Positions 1-14,580 are shown, numbered from the stretch's first letter. The stretch: DNA of 64,000 nt from Eledone cirrhosa (GCA_964016885.1 OZ024743.1:353896001-353960000), one strand, 5' to 3'. Program-made: numbers and translations. Notes: generated from the letters alone by a model not told the origin.

Positions 1-6
1 TAAATA

Positions 7-48
<42 letters not shown>

Positions 49-153
49 AGCCTTTATGGTAAATAAAGAAATATATATATATATATATATATATACGTAT
101 ATGGTTATTATTATTGATATTATTATTATATTATTATTATTATTATTAGTCGC

Positions 154-223
<70 letters not shown>

Positions 224-225
224 TG
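1..225. repeat. Compound microsatellite (TA)n/(TTA)n/(TAG)n
   Basis: Directly visible simple repeats. Confidence 0.95.
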
Positions 226-517
226 ATAATGATGAGTATTAATGAAGATAAGGATAACATTGATGACGATGGTTAAGATGAAGAGGGCAAGATGTTTCGT
301 TACTTTTCTTATTTGATATACACAGAAATTGGTTTTCCAATTCCACTTGAATGCGAGATCACTTATAAAATTTCATCTCATCAAAATTTCTAATATATAC
401 ATCACATATCGTCAGTTTCCAGTGACTTCAGTATTAACAGTTAAACATGCATCCATGCAAAAACATGACGACACCATGTATACATGGTATTTGTACAATT
501 TATATATTTGTAGAATT

Positions 518-601
<84 letters not shown>

Positions 602-769
602 GCATACAAATCTATAATTCATACATGATTCAAAATAAAGCCACCACAAAGAGAACAACACCGAAATATGTTTATGTGTATATATGTATGATTGTATGTA
701 TGAATGTATGTATGTATCTATGTATGTATGTATGTAGGTGCGCATGAATACACACACACACCCACACAT

Positions 770-811
<42 letters not shown>

Positions 812-819
812 GTGTATGT

Positions 820-972
820 ATGGTTTTATAATTTCACAAATGTTTGCCAATAGAGATAGAGTCGATTTCTAACATAGATACAAGACTCTCTCATTGGAAT
901 TTACACATCAACTAGGTAGATATGTCTGCATGTCTGCATGCATGTGTGTGCAGGTATGGATGTTATTGTATG
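820..972 (+). repeat. Unclassified dispersed repeat associated with (TATG)n, partial copy
   Basis: caagactctctcattggaattt...catcaactaggtagatatgtctgcatg also occurs at about 1695-1850 (+) and, inverted, at about 23670-23820. Confidence 0.7.
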
Positions 973-1001
973 TATGTATGTATGTATGCATGTATGTATG
1001 T

Positions 1002-1680
1002 CAGGTCGCCAGTTGGTGCTACTGGTAACATGTATCCCAGTACAAACTGTCTCATGGTCGGGTCGTTGGCGACTAAACTGGCAACCACACCAAGGTTTCT
1101 TGGTGAGGAGGGTGACTTTGGACATCCTGCAGGACTAAAAACAAAACTTGTCAAAGAGCAAAGGAGTTCTTAAGAGTCAATGGCCATCCAAAATCACCGG
1201 GAGAGATGACCCCTTAGCCTTTGTCAAGGCAGAATTCTAGGAGAAGGAAAACTCTGATATAACACCTGTAACCCTGGTGGTTACCAATGATGTTGACTTG
1301 TTCTTCTTTTTGGTAAATATCATCTTGGGTAAGAGAGTGGGGACTGGCTTTGTGCAGTGCCTTTGCTCACTATAAAAGCTTCACGGCACAGGCATTGCTT
1401 TATATCTGGAGATCTCTCTGCACTTGTCGTCACATGGTGCCATGGGCCCAGCACTATGTGTCAATAATTGTCACAAGTGTAGTGTTTGTACCAGAGTTTT
1501 CAAGTCGCTGGCTGGACTAAAAAGTCACACTCGTTCAGCGCATCGGTAGGGTTCTCCTACATGGATATAAAGTAGTGGCCGTACTCGAAAACGAGTTGGC
1601 AGCCACCATGTATGTATGTATGTATGTATGTATGTATGTATGTATGTATGTATGTATGTATGTATGTATGTATGTATATA
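1002..1680 (+). mobile_element. Non-autonomous bipartite RTE-derived retroelement (5' UTR-like part plus 3' end, (TATG)n tail)
   Basis: RTE-type 5' UTR motif ctaggagaaggaaaactctga (about 1237-1257). 1469-1549 translates CHKCSVCTRVFKSLAGLKSHTRSAHR*, resembling the C-terminal C2H2 finger of RTE ORFs. Short 3' UTR with ctcgaaaacgag hairpin, then (TATG)n. No RT or endonuclease coding sequence in between. Confidence 0.7.
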
Positions 1681-1689
1681 TGCATGTAT

Positions 1690-1988
1690 GTTCTTTTGGT
1701 TTGATAATTTTATGAAATTTTACCAATGGGGAGAGAGTCGGTTTCTAACAGTTACAAGACTCTCTCATTGGAATTTATACATCAACTAGGTAGATATGTC
1801 TGCATGTCTGCATGCGTGCGTGTATGTGCAGGTATGGACGTTATTGTATGTGTAGATGTGGATGTTTTGTGGTATATGTGTGAGTGTGCATATACCTTGT
1901 ATATGTACATGTGCAGTTATTACATGTAGAATCTTTGGAATGTTTTACAGATTTCCATTAATGGATTGTACTTGTAATTTCCAATCTA
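1690..1988 (+). repeat. Unclassified ~300-bp dispersed repeat
   Basis: Homologous to 820-972 and to the reverse complement of 23521-23825. Confidence 0.7.
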
Positions 1989-2115
1989 GTCGTGTTCTTT
2001 CTGGTTCTAATTTACGTATGTATGTAGGTAGGTACATACGAACGTATGTATGCATGTATTTATGTCCGTCTGTCTGTATGTCTATTTGTATGTATGTATT
2101 TGTATGTATGTATCC

Positions 2116-2343
2116 AATTGCTAATACTATCTATCGGTCGCAACTCCAGGTAGAAGGAGCAACGTGAAATAAAGTGTCTTGCTCAAGGACATAACGCATC
2201 GCCTGGTCCAGGAATCGAACTCACAATATATATATATATATAGTGAAGGCGTGTGGGTGAGTGGTTAGAGAATTGGATTCGCAATCGTAAGGTTGTGAGT
2301 TCGATTCCTGGACCAGGCGATGCGTTATGTCCTTGAGCAAGAC

Positions 2344-2350
<7 letters not shown>
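2116..2350. mobile_element. tRNA-derived SINE (second family), rearranged: minus-strand body plus plus-strand head
   Basis: Head 2243-2350 has A-box-like gtgagtggttaga, B-box gagttcgattcc and the gtccttgagcaagacactt motif. 2169-2226 is its perfect reverse complement. Confidence 0.75.
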
Positions 2351-2410
<60 letters not shown>

Positions 2411-2509
2411 ATAATAAGCGCATTTGTCCAGGTATATTGACATAGCTGTAGATCTGTATACAAGTAAACGTTTCTCAAAGTGTTATATACACATATATAA
2501 ATACAGACA

Positions 2510-2572
<63 letters not shown>

Positions 2573-2729
2573 ATATATATATATATATATGCATATATAC
2601 ATATATATATATATATGTATATATGCATATATATATATACATAAATATATAACATTCATGTATATAAGCATTTTTTCTACATATATGAGTGTAATTTCAA
2701 AAGAAAATATTTGCCACATGCAGATGCAT

Positions 2730-2795
<66 letters not shown>

Positions 2796-3639
2796 GTATA
2801 TATATATATATATGTAACTCACATACTCTAAAATAGAGAAACGCAAGCACACATAGGCACAACACGCATCTATAAACACACCTTTTAACCATCACATACA
2901 CACACAATCAAACATTCACACCTACATATTCACATATAGACACACATAGCCACACACCTATACATATTAATTTCTGTTCATTTCCTTTACTGTAAATTGT
3001 TACTTTTCATTTTGTCAAACTTATCAAAACAAAACGATAGAAAAAAATAAAAATATAAAATATAATACAAAAATATAATAAAGAAATATTAAACACAATA
3101 AAATAATGTAAATTAAGTAAATAAATAGATAAATGCGTTTTCATCATCTCTTACCTCCCCTTCCTCTCATCTCCCCTGAAAGACTATTCTATATTTTATT
3201 TCTTTACAAATATACAAACAGTCACTAAACCACCAGAGATTCGTGTCAACGGCGATATCTTGTCAATACGATGGATTTATTCACGAAATACAATAACATT
3301 TGACGCAAAATAGATAACTTTAATTCCCTTTCTATACGAATTGCTTTTCTCACTCGTTCTTTATCTCTCATTTTTCTTTTTCGGTTTTATTTTTTTCCTC
3401 TTTCTTTCCCCTGATTTCTCTTTTTATTCTCCTCTCTTTCATTCTCCTTCCCACTTATTTTTCTCTCCGTGTCAGCCCAGGTTTCTCCAACAATCCTAAC
3501 ATCCCATCTACCTATACCATCATCCTATACCATCATCCCAACCATTCCATCATCCGCCTCTTTCACTAATATTTTCTCTGTTTTCTCGTCCAAATCATGT
3601 ATTCTTTTATTTTAATTTGAAGTATGTTTGTTTTAAAAC

Positions 3640-3894
3640 ATAAATATATTCATTCTTTTTTTTCTTTCTAATTACGTTTCTCTCTTTCACTTTGCATATC
3701 TTTCTGTCACTCTTTCCTTGTTTCTTTCCTATTTCCTTACCCTTTTCTTCTTTTCTTTATTTTTCTTTATTTGTTTATTTATTTACTTATTTATTTTCTT
3801 TCGTTCTTTTATTCAACTTCTTTTCTTCCATTTTTCCTTCCACCTTTCTGTCTTTTTTTCCTTGATTACTTTCTTCCTTACTCTTTTCTCTTCA

Positions 3895-3926
<32 letters not shown>

Positions 3927-5090
3927 ACTTTCTTTCTTTCTTTTCTACTTTCTTTCTTTCTTTTCTACTTTCTTTCTTTTTTACTTCTTTTTTCTTTCTT
4001 TCTTTCTTTCTTTCTTCCTTTCTTTATTCAGTTAATTCTTTATATAATTCCATATTTTGTTTCTTCCTTTTCCCTTTTCGCTTGTTCTTTCTTTTTTTTG
4101 TTCATATTTGTTTCTTTGTAAATTTCGATTTTTTGCTTTTTCATCAGCAATTTTTCTTTTCATATTTCTTCCCTTTTCCCTACATTCCTTCCTCTCATCC
4201 TTCTTTCTTCCTTCTCCCTTCCTTCCTGCTTTCTTTTCGTTCGTTCGTTCGTTCCTTCGTTCCTTCCTTCCTTCCTTCCTTCCTTCCTTCCTTCCTGCCT
4301 TCCTTCCTTCCTTCCTTCCTTCCTTCCTTCCTTCCTTCCTTCCTTCCTTCCTTCCTTCCTTCCTTCCTCCATTCCTTCCTTCCTTCCATCCTTCCTACTT
4401 TCTTCCTTCCTTCCTTATTTCTCCCTTCCTTCCTGCTTTCTGTCGTTCGTTTGTTTCTTCCTTTCTTTCTCCCTTCCTGCCTTCCGTTCTTTGTTTGTTC
4501 GTTCCTTCGTTCCTTTCTCCTGTCTTTCGTTCATTCGTTCGTTCGTTCCTTCCTTCCTTCCCCCCATCCTTCCTTTCTGTCTTCCTTCCTTCCCCCTTCC
4601 TCCCTTTCTATCTTCCTTCTTTCTTTCCTTCTTTCATTGGTTCTTTCTTTTTTCTATTCGTTTCTCTATTATTCTTTTTCCATTAATTCTCTCTCAGTTT
4701 TGATCTTTTCGTTCGTCGTTTTCGTCATTTCTTTATTTTCTAATTTCATTCTTCATTAATTAATTAATTAATTAATTAATTCTTTTTTCCTTGATTATTT
4801 TCTTTATTTTGTTATTCATTTTCTCTACTTATTGTATTTTTCTTTTTTGTTTCTTTCCATTCATTCTTGCTTTCTTCATTTCTTTCTACATTTAATTCTT
4901 TCCTTCATACTTTTTTCCTTTATCCTTTTTCGTTCACTTATTCTTTTCATTTTTTTTCTTTCTCTCTCCCTGTTTATCTCTTTTTCTTTACTATTTTCTT
5001 ATATTCCATCTCTCATCCTTCTTTCTCTATTGATTTCATTCTGTGTTTTGTTCATGTCTCCGTTTTCTTTTCTTTCTTCCTTCATTTTAT
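3640..5090. repeat. Pyrimidine-rich low-complexity tract (TTTC/CCTT/TTCG)n
   Basis: Visible (CCTT)n and (TTTC)n arrays. The F/L/S-rich ORFs here are artefacts. Confidence 0.9.
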
Positions 5091-5246
5091 AGCGAAATGG
5101 TACAGTCGTTAGAACGTCGTATAGAATGATTTGCAGTATTCGTTCCGACTCTCTGCTCTCTGAGTTCAAATCCCATCGTGGCCAAATTTGCCTTTCAAAC
5201 TATTAGGGTCGATAAAATAAGTATCAGCCCAGTACTGGGGTCGATT
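5091..5246 (+). mobile_element. Nin/Deu-domain tRNA SINE, diverged
   Basis: gagttcaaatcc B-box and tttgcctttca...gggtcgataaaataagta core. Confidence 0.7.
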
Positions 5247-5296
5247 CTTCCTCTATATCATTTTCTTACTTCCTGTCTATCACTCATTATTTCTTT

Positions 5297-5473
5297 GGCA
5301 GTATTAGTAGAGGGTCGGACGCCATGCTTTGCAGCATAGAGTTACGTCCCTTTACGAGTTCAAATCCTGTCGAGGTTACCTTTGCTTTTCATCCTTACTG
5401 GGTCGATAAAATAAAGTACCAGTAATGCACTGGGATAATTGCTGGCTTTGTGCTAAAAGTAGAAACAATGATT
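5297..5473 (+). mobile_element. Nin/Deu-domain tRNA SINE
   Basis: Close match to 17156-17338, including the tail tgctggctttgtgctaaaagtagaaacaatgatt. Confidence 0.85.
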
Positions 5474-6776
5474 TTTTACCTTGGAAGAAATTGACATGGA
5501 GAGGAAATGGGCTCCGCCTTGTTTAAAATGCTACGGTGACCCTCAGACTCCACCAGGAGTTTCGGGTCCATACATATATACTTCATTTCTCTCTTTGTTT
5601 CTTATTTATTTCCATTCTTTTCTCTTTCTTCTTGTCTTTCTTTCGTTCTTTCTGTTTTTTTTCTTTGTTTAATAGTTTTGCTTTCTTTCTTTTTCTTTCT
5701 TTCTTTCTTTCTTTCTTTCTTAATGACATATTTTGGAAAAAAGTCTTCACCAATGCTATTTATTTGTTGGGGCTTATTCTGCAGAGGAAATACCCTTGCA
5801 GGTCATTCGAAACTGGGAGAGAGAAAGGAAGGAAAAACTATGGAAATTTGGTCCAAATGTTTTCAACGGAATGGCTTGTGTTAAAATTATCCAGGAGTTG
5901 GGTCTGTTTCCTGGGTCCGATTGGACGAGGTCCACCCCACTCGGCAAGCGATTGGGATCTGGGAACTTGTCGATCGATCCGAGTGAGCAAAAATTATCCA
6001 AGATCTAGATGGTGGTGTTATATAAACAGTGCCATGGGTTATTTCTACCACTCTCCATTTCTCTGATCGTTTGAGGCAGTTAAGATTTCTCACATACAAT
6101 ATCATTTTCTTTATATTCTCACATACCGTCCCTTTTGATTTTAATCCAGCCACAACCGGCTCTGGTTCTATGAAACCAAACCACCTATTCTAACGAGTTG
6201 ATATTTAAATTAAACCCTAACATAATTTTATATTATAACCCTTTGATAATATCTTAATAACGAAACAATTAATCATTTATTAATTAATTGAAATGCAGTG
6301 TATATCATTAGAAATATGGCAATGAAATGGTAAAAACGTATCTTCTTTGATTGAAACGCATTTCTCAGGTTCTATTTACGTGACACAATATGAGAAGAAT
6401 GGATTTTTGAATTACAGATACAATACAGTCATAGTAAGCATGTGTGTGTGCGCGTACACGTGTGTGTGAGAAAGAAGAGAGGTACCGACCCTATTACTTG
6501 ACTGGTATTTTATTTATTGATCAGGAATCGTTGTAATGCAGAGTCTATTGAATATATATAGTGGAAACTACTTATTACAATCGCACAGAATGTTATCAAC
6601 TAGTTATTGTTATCAAAATTACTGGGTCCCAAATTATTTTTTAAATGTTTTTAGCTGATTTTTGTAATTGAAAGAACTTCATTCCAAACTGACGACAATA
6701 AGCGGCTTCTACTGTCAAACCATTGTATAGAATGAAACAGGTGGGCATACAATTTCCTGGCAACATGGTGCTGAGA

Positions 6777-6826
<50 letters not shown>

Positions 6827-6829
<3 letters not shown>

Positions 6830-6994
6830 AAAAGGGTTAGGACCCCGACGGCTGAGCACTGGTCGTTTCGACAGCTAGATCCGAACTAAATTCGGATCTA
6901 GCTGTCGAAACGGCTTGACTCTTTTCCTATTGCCCTATGTATTGAGTACTCTGGTGCGTTATGGTCCACCTGGTATCTTACCAAATCCTCTTTG

Positions 6995-6997
<3 letters not shown>
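6827..6997. mobile_element. Small palindromic (TA)n-bounded element, family A (PLE-terminus-like)
   Basis: Perfect 22-bp inverted repeat 6864-6885/6891-6912. The end ttgagtactctggtgcgttatggtcca is shared, inverted, with 44356-44430 and 45693-45762. Confidence 0.6.
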
Positions 6998-7053
<56 letters not shown>

Positions 7054-7058
<5 letters not shown>

Positions 7059-8192
7059 TAAATTAACCGATATAAAAGACACAGAAGCGAAAACCAACCA
7101 AACAGTGAGCATGTTCTGTTATTAATTCTGGCAATATTATTACACAAATATGACCCTCCCCAAGTATAACAATTTGTTTCGACACACGGTTTCATATCAA
7201 AAACCTCGCAAAACTAATTCATCGCCGTTATGGCATTAGCTTGTGCCAAACTGAAAGGTTATTGAAAGACACTGTTTTCTGTTATATAAAAACTACAATA
7301 ACAACAGAACAAATCCGCTTCTTAAAACACTGTGTTTCCTCCAAAACATACACAACAAACATTTCAAAACAAGTAAATAATTTATTATTAAACAAAACAC
7401 AAGCTGAACGACTAAAACACACATTAACAGTCAATATGAAAAGAACAACGTACACAAAAGTTAACGAACTTTACAAACAGAAACGCATTAACGGTAAGGA
7501 AGTTCGAAATCTCACCACACCAAACGAGAGGGATGAACTCATGAGCATCATTCGACGTGAAACGAAACACGCCCGAAACGAATGCAATAGGCATTTCAAT
7601 AAGAAATTAGAATGGATGAATAAGAAAAAACTAGAAGAAAGGAAAATAGAATATTCTCAAAAATACCCAGATAACATCAACATTATCCGTATGACTGATG
7701 TAGAACTACCGGAAGAATTTACCAATGACCACACAGTAAATATTTATGGGAACACTTTAATCAGTGAACAAGAACAACAAATCCTGCAGCTACCACCAAA
7801 ATTTGCCATTTACAAAAAGATTAACCCTATTGAGTGCAAAACGGGGCTGGAAAAGTGTTTCACAAAAATACGCTGGAATGCGAAAGTAAACAACAACAAC
7901 AACAATAATAACGATAGTAGTAATATAAACAATAACTCTGAGTATAGAAATAACAGCTATAATAGTAATAGTCATAACAATAACAATAGCAGGTGAGTGA
8001 GAAATAGTAATAATGGTAGTAATATTAACGATAGACAGAACAACAACAACCACAATAATAATAATAGAAACATTAACGACAGACACAGCAGCAGCGACCA
8101 CAGTAGTAATAATGGTAATAATACGAGTAACAACAACAACAACCACAGTGGTAATAATAGAAATAGTACATGTAGCAACATTAATGATAGAC

Positions 8193-8232
<40 letters not shown>

Positions 8233-11200
8233 AAACAAGAAACATAATAAAAGTAACAACCACAATGGTAGAAATAACAGTAACAACAACAATACATCTA
8301 ACAATCACAGCAACAATAATTCTAGCAATCATAACAATAATAATAATGTTAATGATAGGAACAACAACAACCACCATAATAACAATAATAGCAACACACA
8401 CAACTATGACGATAGATATAATGACAACTCCTTAGAGAAACTATTCTTCAATCCAGCTGACAAAACATATAAGATGGGTAATATCTATCCTACGAGGTTA
8501 CCCTTTAATAAAAGGGTTTGTATACTACAACAAATAGATTACGAGACAGAGGCACAGTTCAGCATAGCTAGAAATAAGATTAGACAAATGGTATACTAAG
8601 AGACAAAGCAGACCAGAGGTCCAACAACTTGGGAGGAAACTTGTAGAAGGCTTGGTTAGCCTCAAGCAGCGCACAAGGGATGGTGAGGTAGTATGTCTAC
8701 CCACGGATAAGTCTGGTAGGATTTCAATAGACAGCATGCCGAAATACATCAAGGCTATGCAACCCCTCATCACCAACACGAGCGAAATTGCACAGCAAAT
8801 ACATGATGGGAGAGAGAAAATCCTCAACGCTCACATGATGATGTGAACCGACATCCTAAAGCCAAGCAGACGCACTGCCAACAACTTCCAGCCGTCTAAC
8901 AATGGCATACCACCCTTGTAAGGGCTCCGCAAAGACCATAAGACAGTCGACGACCCGACAACAGGACCACCAACAAAACCTGTATGCGGAGCAAATATAG
9001 CTAGCAACTACAGGATCTCCTACTTCCTCTCAATGGTTATACGCCCCATAATCAAGATGTCCCCAGATGTATGTGACAGTACAGAGGACCTCCTCAGCAG
9101 AATCAGTGAGTGCAACAAAAACAAAAACCTATCCAACTGCATAATAGGCAGTATGGATGTGGTATCACTGTACCCATCCATTAACATTGGTTTTGCTGTG
9201 GAAAAATGTGTGGAGTTGATCATTGAGAGTGAGGTGGAGTTCTGCGACGTCGACACAGACGAACTGGGCCTCCTACTTAGACTTACCTATGACACTGACT
9301 ACCTAGACAGCCATGACCTTAGACGTTTCTGCCCCAGTAGACCCATAAGAGGTAGACCCCCCACCATAACCTCAATGGCAAAAAAGACTCCCATGGGAAG
9401 GTGGATTGGGTGGACCAAAGCTATACGGACCCCCCAAAACAATGATCAGGTAAGAAAAATGGTCGCACATGCAATAGGGGCTAGTATCAAAACTACCCTA
9501 AAGGGCCACATATTCAAATTCAACGAGAAGTTCTACACTCAAATGAGGGACCAGCCATTGGCTTCAGCATAGCTGGTGACGTTGCCAACCTTTTTACGGT
9601 ATGGTGGGAAAGGAGACTCAAAGATCTTGATGAGAGCTCCATAGACCTCATCATGTACTCTCGTTACGTAGACGACATCAATATAGTAATAAGGACATCC
9701 CCACTAGAGGGTACTAACAAGTTTGATTTAGAACGTAGCACAATGGAAAGCTTCCAGCAGATGGCTAATTCCATACACCAGAGTATAACTGTAACTATCG
9801 ACTACCCTTCCAAACACCCTTACAATAGACTACCTGTATTAGACACGGAACTCTGGATTAACACTATAGACGAGAGAGCCCAAATTCTCCACTCACACTA
9901 CGCTAAACCCATGGCCTCCAAATACCTGATACTCAAAAACTCAGCAATGTCCAGTAGTGATAAGTTTAATATTCTGATCCCAGACTTGGTACGAGTGATG
10001 AAGAACGTGTTCCGCATGTGCGACCCAACAGAAATGGAAAGATACATCCAACACTTCATCAACCGCATACAGTTCTCTGGCTACAACGAAAGAGACAGGA
10101 TCAGAGTATATGAAGGAGCCACGGAGAAGTATAAGACCCTCATAGAACTGGACATGAAAGGAATTTGCCCATTATACAGGATCAAATCATGGAATAGCTT
10201 AGATACGACTAGACATAATATAGGGAGAGCCACCTCATGGTACGACAACCAGAGATACCAGAGTGTCATGTTTGTGGACGCTACCTCTGGAGGGAAATTA
10301 GCTAACCAGTGTAGAAAGGCCATGAGAAAGACCCACTTAAAGATTAAGGTGGTAGAAAAGCCAGGAACCACCATAAAATCCCTGATCAGCAAAACCTACT
10401 CTTTTAAGAAAACCCACTGTACTAATAGGACATGTATTATATGTAAAGTAAACCCCCGGATAAACTGTAAAACTTGAAACGTAGTCTATAGCATAAGATG
10501 TACAGAGGGTACTTGCAGAAACATGACAACAACATACATAGGCGAGACAGCTCGTAGCATAGGTGAAAGGATGGACACACACTGGGGGGAACTAAAAGGA
10601 CGAAAAACGGTTCAGTACTATACGAACATGCCAGACAACAACACGACGGTAACATAGACAACATAGATATTAGAATAATATCTAAACATAGAAATGACCC
10701 AGCAGATAGGCAAATCAGAGAGGCCAGCGAAATAGAACTTAGAAGGCCTAGGCCAAACAGAAATAATGAGTGGATAACAACAACACCCAAACAAACAATA
10801 CTGACCTAAGAGAAGTATAAATAAATAAATACATACACAAGCCCAATAACAACAAACACGTATAAACACACACTACTAAACTAAGATAGAACACAATAAC
10901 CAATACACAATCACCCAAACACGAACACACATCAAACACTATACACACACGCAAACGCATGCGCAGAAAAAAAAAAAAAATAAACAGACTAAATAAAGCT
11001 GGTGTAGGCATACAATACAACAGGAGGAAACAATAGCACCACTGACGATGTTGCAGAACTTTGTTAGACTATATATATGTGTTTGTGTCTATATTGTATC
11101 TGTATTTTTGACCGTTGGTCAGTCAATGGCAACATTGAGGACCGAATAAATTAAATTAACCGATATAAAAGACACAGAAGCGAAAACCAACCAAACAATG

Positions 11201-11257
11201 AGTGTGTTCTGTTATTAATTCTGGCAATATTATTACACAAATATGACCCTCCCCAAG

Positions 11258-11262
<5 letters not shown>
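7054..11262 (+). mobile_element. Penelope-like retroelement (RT plus C-terminal GIY-YIG), near full-length, decayed
   Basis: 116-bp direct terminal repeats 7054-7169 and 11147-11262 (3 mismatches), flanked by (TA)n on both sides. Coding motifs are listed under the ORF feature. Confidence 0.9.
7150..10780 (+). pseudogene. PLE polyprotein (RT, Cys finger, GIY-YIG endonuclease) with stops and frameshifts
   Basis: Motifs LPPKFAI, PTDKSG, KDHK...GPPTKPVCGA, SMDVVSLYPSI, YSRYVDDI, LPVLDTEL, CTNRTCIIC..NCKT, then from 10478 NVVYSIRC..C...TYIGETARSIGERMDTH. An Asn-rich (AAC/AAT) tract spans about 7890-8420. Confidence 0.85.
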
Positions 11263-11299
<37 letters not shown>

Positions 11300-11389
11300 T
11301 GACTTCGTAAGAAATCATCATGTCTCTCCAGATAATTTCTTACGAATGAAACAGTCCTAGTGCTGTAGAAGCCATTTCTATAATTTAAT

Positions 11390-11575
11390 AATTGTTTCTA
11401 CTTTTGGCACACGGCCAGCAATTACCCAGTACATTACTGGTAATTTATTTTATCGACCCCGTAAGGATGAAAGGCAAAGTTAACCTCGGCGAGATTTGAA
11501 CTTAGACCGTAAAGGAACGTAACTATGCTGGAAAGCATCGCGTCCGACTCTCTACCGATACTGCCAATCCACCGC
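11390..11575 (-). mobile_element. Nin/Deu-domain tRNA SINE
   Basis: Reverse complement of the 17156-17338 family, with aataat on both sides (possible short TSD). Confidence 0.9.
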
Positions 11576-11697
11576 AATAATATCATAAAATAAGTATTCC
11601 TATACTTTTCTAACGTAGTGAGTACCTTTGTAACAACAGTTGCCTCCCGATTTGCATCGGGATTCTACATGTCATATACAGTATATATGTATATACA

Positions 11698-11767
<70 letters not shown>

Positions 11768-12294
11768 ATATATATATATATATACACACATATATATAAA
11801 CTTTATGTATGTAAATGTGTGTTGCGTGTCAGTATGCACACATATACACACATATACACACATACCCCCCCCCCCAAATACACACACACACATCCACACA
11901 CACACACACATACAAACACACATATATATATGTGTGTGTATATAAGTATACATATACCTCAAAGAAGTTCTTAGCTTCTATAGTTCTTTAGATTGTTTAA
12001 GGCAACAAACCCACCACCATACTGGTGCCTCTCTTACAGTAAAGATTCTAGCAAATCCCTTGTGTAGCTTCTTCTATACCTTTTGTAGTTTGGTGATTGT
12101 TCAGTCATGGATCAACAAGTTCATAGTTACAACACAGTCTTACACCATCTTGACTACAACATCTTGAAGATGGCTGAGTTATAATACTGTAATATACTGT
12201 TCATAGACGCCAGGCGTCCTTCAAATATTTTCTTCGTTTACTTATTTAAGCTAATGTTTCTACGTCTAATATTACTCAGATTTTTACGCACATT

Positions 12295-13119
<825 letters not shown>

Positions 13120-13275
13120 CCTTTTATGGCTTTGTGGCTAAGAAGATCGTTTAACAACTGCAGGGTTTTGGGTCCAGTTATATTGACACAGGGAAAGTGT
13201 TTCAATATAGCCTTATGTTGACCATTCTCTTATTTAAAATTTAGTAGATGGAAACTATGCGGAAGCCTGTCATAC
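13120..13275 (+). mobile_element. Highly diverged tRNA-derived SINE (third family)
   Basis: tggctttgtggctaagaag A-box-like start, gggtccagtt B-box-like motif, 3' tagatggaaactatgcggaagcctgtc followed by (CA)n. Confidence 0.4.
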
Positions 13276-13510
13276 ACACACGCGTGCGCGCACACACACA
13301 CACACACACAAACACAGAGAGTTAAAGGTATATCATTTCTCTATTTAAAATCACAGCTACAACAGAATGATATTCAATCAAATGCGAGTGCTCAATTATT
13401 ATTAATGATGTGTGTGTATATATATACATATTTATATATGTGTATATACAATTGCCTCCTATGTTTTGTTCGCTCATTTCAACTATATATATATATATAT
13501 ATATATATAA

Positions 13511-14010
13511 ATATAAATTAGCGAGAATCGTATTTCGGCTTAGGAATTAACGAAAAACAACTTCCGAGATGTGTGGCAAGCGCTCAATGATTCAGATGAA
13601 TCAGAGCTACAACATATGTTAAAGGCCAAACACACTGAGACGATGGTTAAACAAACATCCGCACAGCCAAAGAAACGACCAAGTAATTCGTGTCAAACAA
13701 TAAAACTATATGTGATTGAAAATTTACCCGGACCCCTGGAAGGTTGGTAAAATCCAGTATTTGGGTTTCTGCGACTCCTAAATCAAGTACTGACCGCTTA
13801 CATATAAAAAGTTAGGCTTCTGGTAAGATGATTGAACAAGGAAGCCACTTTATCAACAGGTTTTTGTTCAACTGCTAATTCAAAGTGTGATTATTACTGA
13901 CCCCACGTGGAGTTCAGCAAGGGAGGCAACACTTATTTTAGGCGAATGAATTCAGTTGTGTATAATATTGCAAGAATGCAAAACATCACAAATCGAATAA
14001 AGCTCTCGAC

Positions 14011-14012
<2 letters not shown>
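13511..14012 (+). mobile_element. Unclassified (TA)n-bounded element, family B
   Basis: Shares attcagatgaatcagagcta, tacccggaccc, ttgggtttctg and gcaagggag, in the same order, with the reverse complement of 44571-45060. Confidence 0.6.
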
Positions 14013-14083
<71 letters not shown>

Positions 14084-14111
14084 ATGTATAAAAATCAATA
14101 CAATATAATTA

Positions 14112-14181
14112 CCTCATTACCAGAGGTTTCCCGAATGAGGCGAATACGAAAGAAACGTCTTCATTCGTTCGTCAGACGAGG
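14112..14181 (-). ncRNA. Type I hammerhead ribozyme motif (inverted copy)
   Basis: Exact reverse complement of 14511-14580. Confidence 0.7.
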
Positions 14182-14510
14182 CAATATAAAACATGGGTAA
14201 ATACTTGGAAAGTCTCATCAAGAAAAGCAAAAAAAAATATATAGACAAATGAATTACAATATGAAATATATAAAAATCTAGTTTACAGACACACAGATAC
14301 ATTTGCCCTAAAATATATATTTACGCACACTTTTTCACTATACGTATATATTTTTGCATACACATATATACACATCTGTGAGCGTATATACATACATATA
14401 CACACACCTAACTATATTTCTTGAAAGATTTTCATATTGTAATTCATTTGTCTATATATTTTTTTTGCTTTTCTTGAGACTTTCCAAGTATTTACCCATG
14501 TTTTATATTG

Positions 14511-14580
14511 CCTCGTCTGACGAACGAATGAAGACGTTTCTTTCGTATTCGCCTCATTCGGGAAACCTCTGGTAATGAGG
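14511..14580 (+). ncRNA. Type I hammerhead ribozyme motif
   Basis: Stem I cctcgt/atgagg, core CTGACGA, stem II cgaatga...tcattcg, GAAA, stem III cc-tct-gg, GTA cleavage triplet. The 10.1-11.1 pair is an A-G mismatch. Confidence 0.75.

Noticed and set aside
1005-1085. HDV-like ribozyme at the 5' end of the RTE-derived element
   Set aside because: Some pairings exist (ggtcgcc/ggcgact, ccagt/actgg) but no canonical P3/L3/P1.1 could be built.
2243-2320. tRNA gene
   Set aside because: It has A/B boxes but no full cloverleaf and continues into SINE body sequence.
5733-6066. Protein-coding exon in a non-repetitive patch
   Set aside because: No recognisable domain or convincing splice structure.
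7994-10477. In-frame TGA codons in the PLE as selenocysteine (as described for Naiad PLEs)
   Set aside because: They fall where Arg (CGA) or Trp is expected, TAA/TAG stops and frameshifts are also present, and GIY-YIG is C-terminal. This is ordinary decay.
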